Positions 27,626-34,073 of a stretch of 40,312 nucleotides of DNA are shown here, piece after piece. Each line of letters starts with the position of its first letter. The first letter of the stretch is position 1. The stretch is from Enterobacter phage vB_EclP_26: the sequence record PP869411.1; one strand, written 5' to 3'. The translations under genes and the position numbers were made by a program. Under the pieces are notes generated by a model. The model saw nothing but the letters and a program-made list of their open reading frames with translations. It was not told the origin of the DNA and searched no databases.

Positions 27626-28360
27626 TCACTCGGCTATTGCATTCAGCTTGCCTTGCATCTCGTCTTGATGGTCTGCCTGAGTCCAAGACACCGGGTCCGT
27701 GATTATTAAGCGCCCGTTATTGTCTACCATCACGTTAGCGCGATGAGTGTCGAATGAGGCCAGACCGTAGAAGAACGTGTGAATCTTACGTGCAGTCTTA
27801 GCCAGCTCCTTGATGTACTGAGTCTCGACGTGTGCGAACTCAGCTCGCGCCTCGTTGCCAAGCCACCAAGTCAGTGCAGCGTCTGGCATCTCGCAATGGT
27901 CTATCACTGAGTTGACTACGCGCCACGACACGTTTAAGACTCGCTGCTCGTAGGTCTCACCATCCCGGCAGTAGTCACCGCCGATGTCATTCAGTGAGCG
28001 GTACTTATCCATAGCCACCATGTAGGCCCTGCTGAAGCGCTTGACCAGATGTATGACCGGAAGTCCTGCCATGCCCTCATTCTCTCGGCAGAAGGCCGCA
28101 TACGCAGCGCCTGAGTCATCCTTCTTAAAGCCCACCTTGATAGCGTAGCCCGGCAGGTCCTCATGTTCAAAGGCAGCGGCGAAATGTCCTAAGCCTAACA
28201 GCTTGTAACCGTGCTCTTTAGCCAGTATCTCAAAAGCTCCCCAGCGTGGCTGACCTGCTATCCCGGCGCTTGAGTCCTCAATCTTATAGCACTCCTCGTA
28301 GATGATAGCGTGAAGCTGAGACATCAGGTTATTCATGATTACTTTATCGTGTGCATTCAT
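27626..28360 (-). CDS. serine/threonine protein kinase, T7 gp0.7 kinase-domain homolog (short form)
   Basis: 244 aa; G.GHFAAA, IKVGFKKDDSGAAYAAFCR, ASFD.H and ITDPVS match the T7 gp0.7 N-terminal kinase domain. The C-terminal host-shutoff region of T7 (359 aa) is absent. Confidence 0.85.
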   Translation of the reverse strand: MNAHDKVIMNNLMSQLHAIIYEECYKIEDSSAGIAGQPRWGAFEILAKEHGYKLLGLGHFAAAFEHEDLPGYAIKVGFKKDDSGAAYAAFCRENEGMAGLPVIHLVKRFSRAYMVAMDKYRSLNDIGGDYCRDGETYEQRVLNVSWRVVNSVIDHCEMPDAALTWWLGNEARAEFAHVETQYIKELAKTARKIHTFFYGLASFDTHRANVMVDNNGRLIITDPVSWTQADHQDEMQGKLNAIAE

Positions 28361-28381
28361 CGTGTTGTTTCCTTCTTGTGG

Positions 28382-28411
28382 TTAAGTGACAATCAGTCAG
28401 GCCCCTCAGTC
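28382..28411 (-). promoter_or_regulatory. conserved early-region box, class II copy (R0.5-like position, upstream of kinase)
   Basis: The 26-nt motif GACUGARGGSSCUGACUGAUWGUCACU is shared with 29221..29249. Confidence 0.45.
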
Positions 28412-28428
28412 AAAGGACCTGTAGTCTA

Positions 28429-28749
28429 TCACTCTGAGACCTGCTCTAATACCTTCAGACGCTGTGCTAATACCCACGCACCACCCTGAGATTCTGGCCT
28501 GTCATAGGTCGTTATATCCTCCACCTCGACCTTAAACCATGCCCGACGCTCCCCAGACTTCAGGTCCAGCTTAAGATGTGGAGCGTTCTGCTCAAAGGTG
28601 CAATGCCAGCCCGGACGATATGCAAACCCTTTGGTCGGATGACTCTCTGCCTCGTACCATTCCCCGACCTCAATGACCGCCTTACGGTTGATGAACAGTG
28701 CTCCCAGTGTTCCATCCTTGCGGATTCTGAAGATTTTATATGCAATCAT
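28429..28749 (-). CDS. hypothetical early protein between SAM lyase and kinase
   Basis: 106 aa starting MIAYKIFRIRKDG, with RBS GGGAGGTGGTG 2 nt after the SAM lyase stop; no recognisable T7 counterpart. Confidence 0.6.
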   Translation of the reverse strand: MIAYKIFRIRKDGTLGALFINRKAVIEVGEWYEAESHPTKGFAYRPGWHCTFEQNAPHLKLDLKSGERRAWFKVEVEDITTYDRPESQGGAWVLAQRLKVLEQVSE

Positions 28750-28750
28750 C

Positions 28751-29203
28751 TTACACCACCTCCCAGAATCGACCTTCAGCGTCTTTCGTGAAGCATTCGC
28801 CCTTAGGCGCATCGACCTGCTGGAAAGACCCATTCAGACGTGTGACCCTGTAGCCATCCAGACCTTTGCAGAACATCAGGCCAGCCGTGTGAGTCTGTGA
28901 CTTGTAGACCATCACGCAGTCTTGCTCAAAGTCATTACAGGCCAGCCGCGCAACGTTGATAGCCTGAGCTTTTGACTCACAGCGCACACGATAGGTTCTC
29001 TCTTCAGTGGCGACCTTCTGTCCCTCCTCGCGGTAGCATCCAATCAGCCCGGTGCATTCAAGCACACCGTAGTATTCCGGTTCAGCTTGGAGTAGCGCCT
29101 TAAGGTCTAACTGACGGGCCATGTTAGCCATATCTGACAGGTTAGCACGTGCAGCAGAGACCAGAACATAGAAGACGTTTGCAGGTTCGTTAGTGTAAAT
29201 CAT
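28751..29203 (-). CDS. S-adenosylmethionine lyase (T3 gene 0.3-type SAMase), anti-restriction
   Basis: 150 aa, MIYTNEPANVFYVLVSAARANL..., strongly resembling the T3 SAMase N-terminus as recalled. It is the first early gene, with RBS AAGGA. Confidence 0.8.
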   Translation of the reverse strand: MIYTNEPANVFYVLVSAARANLSDMANMARQLDLKALLQAEPEYYGVLECTGLIGCYREEGQKVATEERTYRVRCESKAQAINVARLACNDFEQDCVMVYKSQTHTAGLMFCKGLDGYRVTRLNGSFQQVDAPKGECFTKDAEGRFWEVV

Positions 29204-29220
29204 GATGTGTATCCTTTAAG

Positions 29221-29249
29221 TTAGTGACTATCAGTCAGGGCCTTCAGTC
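29221..29249 (-). promoter_or_regulatory. conserved early-region box, class II copy (R0.3-like position, upstream of SAM lyase)
   Basis: Contains the palindrome TGACTGATAGTCA; a possible stem GACUA..CAGGG / CCCUG..UAGUC surrounds a large internal structure. Confidence 0.45.
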
Positions 29250-29410
29250 GCTCAAGTCAAGCCCGTCTCGCGGTAGACTCAAAGACCCTGTAGTTAGTCG
29301 CTATCGGCGCACATTAAGAGTGTTATCCATATTGTTAAAGAACATTCGCTTGGCTGTCGTCGCCTCGCTATCCCGTTTCAGTGTTGGGCCTCACCGTTTT
29401 GATGTGGTAC

Positions 29411-29440
29411 ATACTACTTTAAGTCGGTACATCTTGTCAA
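29411..29440 (-). promoter_or_regulatory. host sigma70 early promoter (A2/A3-like)
   Basis: TTGACA, an 18-nt spacer, then TAGTAT on the minus strand. Confidence 0.5.
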
Positions 29441-29551
29441 CTACTTTCTGTCGGTTGCCTGTTTTTCGTATGTCTTACAGGCTGACTACTCAACCGGACC
29501 GACCCGGCGTCTTCACTATCCGGTGTTTGCCGTGTCGTGTTGACGGAAGCT

Positions 29552-29580
29552 ATTAAACCAAAAGTTAGACCTACTGTCAA
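29552..29580 (-). promoter_or_regulatory. host sigma70 early promoter (A1-like)
   Basis: TTGACA, a 17-nt spacer, then TTTAAT on the minus strand. Confidence 0.6.
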
Positions 29581-29786
29581 CAACTATTTATCATGGTAAT
29601 TTATACAGTAGTCCAATGACTATATAAAGGCGACTACAGATGATTGACTTTAAGTCTTAACTATGGATAATAAGAGTCCAGTTGGCAGACACCAACAATT
29701 ACCCTAGTCAGACTGATAGTCTCCCTGACTGCTAAATAGAGACTATACGATAACCTGTGAGTCCCAGACCTAAGGACTCTGATAAA

Positions 29787-29850
29787 CTGTAGGTCTACTG
29801 AGTGTCTATTAACTGTAGGTGGTGAGACTGTAGGTAGTGAGACTGTAGGT
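29787..29850. repeat. short direct repeats ACCTACAG (x4), left-end unique region
   Basis: Plus-strand CTGTAGGT at 29787, 29813, 29828 and 29843. Analogous to the T7 CCTAAAG repeats near the genome ends. Confidence 0.7.
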
Positions 29851-29904
29851 CTCCAACGGTCTTAACCTAAAGAAGTGGTCGATTAGGTCAGGACTACCAG
29901 TTAG

Positions 29905-30116
29905 GACGATAGGTCTGATACAGATAGAGACTCAGAGACACAACATATAGTCCCAACCATGAGTCTTGACCACTAGATATGGACACCATTAGTCCTGACT
30001 TCAGGTCAACCTTGGGTCAAAGACTTGAGGTTTGACCGTAGGTCACTGGGGTAGGGACTTTTGGTCTGACTGAAAGAGGGCTATGGGGGAGACTTGAGGT
30101 TCTTGAAGTGTGAGAT
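29905..30116 (-). repeat. predicted direct terminal repeat region (one collapsed copy) and genome ends
   Basis: The minus strand from 30116 reads TCTCACACTTCAAGAACCTCAAGTCTCCCCCATAGCC, like the T7 left end TCTCACAGTGTACGGACCTAAAGTTCCCCCATAGGGGG. The region 29905-29935 reads GTGTCTCTGAGTCTCTATCTGTATCAGACC, like the T7 TR end GTGTCTCTCTGTGTCCCTATCTGTTACAGTCTCC. Boundaries are approximate. Confidence 0.45.
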
Positions 30117-30153
30117 AGGGTCTCAAACTTTTGGTCCAAAACTCATCGAGAGA

Positions 30154-30191
30154 CTGTAGGCCCTAGCTACTGTAGGTCAAGGACCGTAGGT
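30154..30191. repeat. short direct repeats ACCTAC(A/G)G (x3), right-end unique region
   Basis: CTGTAGGC, CTGTAGGT and CCGTAGGT on the plus strand. Confidence 0.6.
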
Positions 30192-30321
30192 CAGGCGACA
30201 CTAGGGTAGGCCAGTCAGTAGGATGACCCTAAGTGAGCTTCTCTTAAGGTGTTACCTAAAGTCCTTGACTACAGTAGCTAAGGTCAGTAGAGTAGCGTCA
30301 GCTATGAACTGACCTTAGGTC

Positions 30322-30435
30322 TTACCACCGCGAGCCGTGAGGCCATCTCATAGTCTTGTCGATGATAATCAGTCCAACGAAGCTTATCACAAGACCAGCG
30401 ATGATGACCACTAGCGCCAATATGTCCTTATCCAT
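30322..30435 (-). CDS. possible 37-aa membrane peptide
   Basis: MDKDILALVVIIAGLVISFVGLIIIDKTMRWPHGSRW with RBS AAAGGAGAG; not in the ORF track. Confidence 0.35.
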   Translation of the reverse strand: MDKDILALVVIIAGLVISFVGLIIIDKTMRWPHGSRW

Positions 30436-30471
30436 CAGTCTCTCCTTTCGTTGATTGTTACCATGATTGCG

Positions 30472-30630
30472 TTAATTACACTGAGTGACCAGAGTACATA
30501 CGAAAGTCTCGACCCACCCTGACCACTGACCTCCAGCAGTAAAGCCAGCAGCAAGTAGAACAGCAGCAAGAAACCTGTACGTAGCTCTATTGGTCGCCAG
30601 AGCTTTAAGAACAGCTTTGGTCTTACCCAT
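30472..30630 (-). CDS. gp19.5-like small membrane protein (52 aa)
   Basis: MGKTKAVLKALATNRATYRFLAAVLLAAGFTAGGQWSGWVETFVCTLVTQCN with a strong RBS AGGAGGT. It overlaps the 105-aa track ORF 30435..30752 in another frame; one of the two is spurious. Confidence 0.45.
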   Translation of the reverse strand: MGKTKAVLKALATNRATYRFLAAVLLAAGFTAGGQWSGWVETFVCTLVTQCN

Positions 30631-30804
30631 GCTACATACCTCCTGTCACTTGGGTCTACTTTAGTTATGAGGGTGTGATTATTACAATCACCCTCTCCAT
30701 CGGTGCGAACCTTAGGTAAGAACTCAGGAGTCTGCCTCCTAAGGTCTTGCATAAAGTATGCATATGCTTATTCATTGAGTCTTTACTATAAGTAACCGGG
30801 GGTC

Positions 30805-30825
30805 TTCCCTATAGTGATAGTTAAG
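30805..30825 (-). promoter_or_regulatory. phage-RNAP promoter (phiOR equivalent, downstream of terminase)
   Basis: CTTAACTATCACTATAGGGAA. Confidence 0.75.
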
Positions 30826-30917
30826 TCCAATCTGTATGTAAAACAATAAGTTACAAGAGATACCTAGCGCACTACTTACTGCTTAGACATGCAGTTTTCA
30901 TGCGTAGGTATTCACTC

Positions 30918-32681
30918 TTAGTGGAACTGTACGTAGGACCCTAAGTCGGACCCATCGTTCTCATCGAACTGTACACGGACCCCGTTGTCCCAGAAGTCAG
31001 TCTTGATTGAGTCGAAGCCCAACCGTGGGTCTTCCATCTGCTCCTCCAGCCACTCCTCAGTGACTTCACGTTGACCCTTGATGGCATCCTTAGCCATAGA
31101 CTCAACGAAGAACTGGACACCGATAGCCAGCGCATCAAGTCGGTCATCATGAGCCAAGGCTCCGCGCTCACGGCTGATACGGGTCATCTGGTAGAACAGA
31201 GAGTAGATAGGATTACGGACGCCGTCCTTATCAGAGGCAGACTGGTAGTCGGACACGATGGTAGCAGCGTTGACGATAAGTCTGTGAGACCCCATGATAG
31301 GCTCCAGAACGTCGCAGATGCGCATCTCCTTCTGACCCTTACTCTTCACCTCAGTCACAGCTGCCGGATGAATACGGGCCGCCACAGGCTTGAATAGCTC
31401 AATGTACATGCCATCACCGAAGTTACCCTCAATCACGTACTCGTTCACCTTCCACTTACGACCAATCTTGGCTAAGTTCTCCAGCGTAGAGTCCTCGTAC
31501 CCACCGCGCATACCACCAGCTTCCATCATGAAGATGTAGCCGTTGAGTTGGTACAGCACAGTGTAACCAGTCTCATCCTTACCACGACCACTAGGGTCAA
31601 TGACCAGAATCTTCTGGGTGTAAGAACTGAAGGCAGAACCTACAGTCTGATACGTATGGTAGGTGTCACCCATGAGTCCCACGTTAGGAACGTCGTCACG
31701 CTTGTTCTGACCGTTCGGAAGCCACTGGTAGACCATAGGGCTGGACGCTGGGTCCAAGTCCGCTACGATGAGGTCACGAAGCTTCAGTGGGTACTTCTCG
31801 GCATCCCCTAAGTTAGGGTTAAGCATGAACTGTAGAGCGAAGCCAGCCTTACCGTAGGACAGCTCACGCTCCCTCAGGTCCTCATCATCGAAGCGAACCG
31901 GGTCAGTAGGCAACCAGAAGTAACCCTCCGGGTCGGCCTCCAGTTCTGCCTGAAGCATCGGAGCCAGACGGTCGCCGTATGACTTCCAGTCCTTCGTATC
32001 GCGTGGATAGCGAGCAGGCCAGATAGTCGTCGTATAGCCACGACCTTCCAGCTCACGGTAGAGGGTCATCTCGGTCTGAGGGGTACCCAGATAGATAACC
32101 GTACCACCCGGCTTCAGGATTGCATCGAACTCCTTCACCAGCTCGGACAGTCGGTCTCGGGCGGCTTGAGTCGCTGAGTTACCGGGGACCTCGACGTCAT
32201 CGGCAATCAGGATGTCAGCACGGCTACCAGTTAACTGACCAGTGATACCCACGGACTTAACCGAAGGTGAGTGGTCTGGTTTGGCTGGCCCAACGTCGAA
32301 GCTAATCACCGCGTCTCGCTGTCCCTGCTTAGGCTTCAGCTCTTGTAGTTGAGGCATCAGGTCGATGATACGCTTGATGAAGATGGAGTTAGCGTCAGCT
32401 CGTTCCTTTGAGGCCGACACAATCATGAACTTCAAGTCCGGGTTGTTCCATAGCTTCCAGACCACGAATGCACACGTGATGAAGGACTTCCCGATACCAC
32501 GGAACGCCTGCAAGATGAAACGCCTGTTGTCGCCAGCTGAGAGCTTCTTCGCCATATCAATCTGGCACCGGGTCGGGACTGGTAGGCTCAATGCCTTCCA
32601 CAAGACGAACAGGAAGAACACAAAGTCTGCCTTCATCTTCGCTGTCATCTCGTCCTGACGGGCTTGTAAGTCTTTACTCAA
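30918..32681 (-). CDS. terminase large subunit, T7 gp19 homolog
   Basis: 587 aa with extensive identity to T7 gp19 ([101 protein letters not shown]). Confidence 0.98.
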   Translation of the reverse strand: MSKDLQARQDEMTAKMKADFVFFLFVLWKALSLPVPTRCQIDMAKKLSAGDNRRFILQAFRGIGKSFITCAFVVWKLWNNPDLKFMIVSASKERADANSIFIKRIIDLMPQLQELKPKQGQRDAVISFDVGPAKPDHSPSVKSVGITGQLTGSRADILIADDVEVPGNSATQAARDRLSELVKEFDAILKPGGTVIYLGTPQTEMTLYRELEGRGYTTTIWPARYPRDTKDWKSYGDRLAPMLQAELEADPEGYFWLPTDPVRFDDEDLRERELSYGKAGFALQFMLNPNLGDAEKYPLKLRDLIVADLDPASSPMVYQWLPNGQNKRDDVPNVGLMGDTYHTYQTVGSAFSSYTQKILVIDPSGRGKDETGYTVLYQLNGYIFMMEAGGMRGGYEDSTLENLAKIGRKWKVNEYVIEGNFGDGMYIELFKPVAARIHPAAVTEVKSKGQKEMRICDVLEPIMGSHRLIVNAATIVSDYQSASDKDGVRNPIYSLFYQMTRISRERGALAHDDRLDALAIGVQFFVESMAKDAIKGQREVTEEWLEEQMEDPRLGFDSIKTDFWDNGVRVQFDENDGSDLGSYVQFH

Positions 32682-33133
32682 TGCTCACCTCCTTTCTCCT
32701 GCTGCAACGCTCTCACGGTCCCCTGAAGGGCCTTAATCCATGCGTCGCCTTTCAGTCCGATGGCGATAAGACGCTTAGCATCTCGGTCGTCAAGTTCGGC
32801 GTAACCATCAATGACGCATCGACCGTCACTTTGCGGGGTTCCACTCGTGGGTTTGACCCGGAGCTGCAACCGCCGATTGTCAGACTTAAGGTCAGCAACA
32901 ATCCTATCAGTGCTGCCTTCCAGCGCGGAGAGTTGGTCCTGATAGTCTTTGGACACTTTGTTAACTTCGGTCTGTACTGAACTACGCTGCTGCTCAGCTG
33001 CTTCCAGTTTTGTGATGTACTCATTGTTTACCTTCGCCTCCCACTTAGTATCAGCTACCCAGTAACCAGAGGCGAACAGGAGTCCTGCCACCAGCCACGG
33101 AATGCACCTCTTAATTAATGTTAACCACACCAT
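32678..33133 (-). CDS. Rz-like i-spanin, T7 gp18.5 homolog
   Basis: 151 aa with an N-terminal TM segment; [36 protein letters not shown] and [10 protein letters not shown] match T7 gp18.5. Confidence 0.9.
   Translation of the reverse strand: MVWLTLIKRCIPWLVAGLLFASGYWVADTKWEAKVNNEYITKLEAAEQQRSSVQTEVNKVSKDYQDQLSALEGSTDRIVADLKSDNRRLQLRVKPTSGTPQSDGRCVIDGYAELDDRDAKRLIAIGLKGDAWIKALQGTVRALQQEKGGEH
32752..33024 (-). CDS. Rz1-like o-spanin embedded in Rz (+1 frame), T7 gp18.7 homolog
   Basis: [24 protein letters not shown] lipobox; C-terminal [19 protein letters not shown] matches T7 gp18.7 [19 protein letters not shown]. Confidence 0.8.
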   Translation of the reverse strand: MSTSQNWKQLSSSVVQYRPKLTKCPKTIRTNSPRWKAALIGLLLTLSLTIGGCSSGSNPRVEPRKVTVDASLMVTPNLTTEMLSVLSPSD

Positions 33134-33515
33134 ATACCTCCTTCAGTATTCTGGCGTGAGTCTCCTCGGCCCACTTGCTGACAGACTCTAAGTCCTCAGT
33201 TGTAGGGAACCGTTCGACTACTCCACGCATTGATATCTTGCCCCAGTAGACGAGGCAACCCTTAGTCTTGTTGAACCTTCTGTAAACTCCCTTTGGAATC
33301 TCACGGCTAGACTTTGTGTTAGCTTTATTGGCACCCTTCGGGATTGCCCGTAGGTTACTCAGCTCATTGTTGAGAGGGTTGCGGTCTATGTGGTCAACAA
33401 CGAATCCAGCAGGAACAGGGCCATTTGCGGCCTCCCATACCAAACGATGCACACCGTGTACCTTCCCATCCAATGTAACTTTGTAGTAGCCTCCGCTTAA
33501 ATACTGACCATCCAT
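33111..33515 (-). mobile_element. HNH homing endonuclease (HNH_3-type) inserted between small terminase and Rz
   Basis: 135 aa starting MDGQYLSGGYYKV, with RBS GAGGAG; HRLVWEAANGPVPAGFVVDHIDRNPLNNELSNLR. Its 3' end overlaps the Rz start by 23 nt. T7 has no gene here. Confidence 0.85.
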
Positions 33516-33532
33516 ATAGTTCTCCTCAATGT

Positions 33533-33574
33533 TAATCATAAAGGCCACTACATATAGTAATGACCTTGAGTCTA
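33533..33574 (-). ncRNA. conserved structured RNA element, class I copy A (R18.5-like position)
   Basis: UAGACUCAAGGUCAUUAC-UAUAU-GUAGUGGCCUUUAUGAUUA; 11-bp stem; located just 3' of the gene 18 stop. Confidence 0.6.
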
Positions 33575-33578
33575 ACAC

Positions 33579-33842
33579 TTACTGAACACCATACCCGGTG
33601 TCGTTATCCTCGGTTGCGCTCAGAGTCTTCTCGTACTCTGCGTTCAACGCCTCCATGTCAGCCAGAGTCTTCTCGTCCACAGACACCTTGCTCAACACAA
33701 AGTTGTGACGGGCCAGAAGCTTCTCGATGGCGTTATAGAGCTGAGGTGATCGCTTAGTGTCGTCACGCAAGTCTTTCAGCATTAAGCGGGCGCGCTCAGT
33801 ATCCAGCATTAACAGGAACTTCTCTAAGTCCATCTGCGTCAT
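33579..33842 (-). CDS. terminase small subunit, T7 gp18 homolog
   Basis: 87 aa; LMLDTERA..ML.DL.D...RSPQLYNAIEKLLARH matches T7 gp18. Confidence 0.9.
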   Translation of the reverse strand: MTQMDLEKFLLMLDTERARLMLKDLRDDTKRSPQLYNAIEKLLARHNFVLSKVSVDEKTLADMEALNAEYEKTLSATEDNDTGYGVQ

Positions 33843-34033
33843 GTCTTACCTCCACTCTTAATCGTTTTATAGACCAGCACACCAATCTGCACAACGGTGT
33901 ACGCGATAGCGGCTACATAGAACCACTCGTTCAGTGTGAGTCCAAAAAAGAACCGACTGGCACCATCAGCCGCAGCGGTCCCAACGATAGGTGAGGCTTT
34001 GAGGACCTCATTCTTGAAGTCTAACTCAATCAT
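33839..34033 (-). CDS. class II holin, T7 gp17.5 homolog
   Basis: 64 aa; LDFKNEVLKASPIVGT, FFGLTLNEWFYVAAIAYTVVQIG near-identical to T7 gp17.5. The start is at an internal ATG with RBS GGAGG. Confidence 0.92.
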   Translation of the reverse strand: MIELDFKNEVLKASPIVGTAAADGASRFFFGLTLNEWFYVAAIAYTVVQIGVLVYKTIKSGGKT

Positions 34034-34073
34034 AATACCTCCCGATGAACGGGTCGTCCTTGACCCAAAGTTA

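Noticed and set aside
29224-29556. 110-aa plus-strand ORF in the early promoter region
   Set aside because: It lies in the non-coding region holding the sigma70 promoters and conserved boxes, on the opposite strand to all genes.
30435-30752. 105-aa minus-strand ORF after terminase
   Set aside because: It is not fully rejected. Its hydrophobic stretch is the frame-shifted shadow of a 52-aa ORF that has a much better RBS, so it is kept only as a low-confidence alternative.
30941-31171. 76-aa minus-strand ORF
   Set aside because: It is an internal alternative frame of the terminase large subunit gene.
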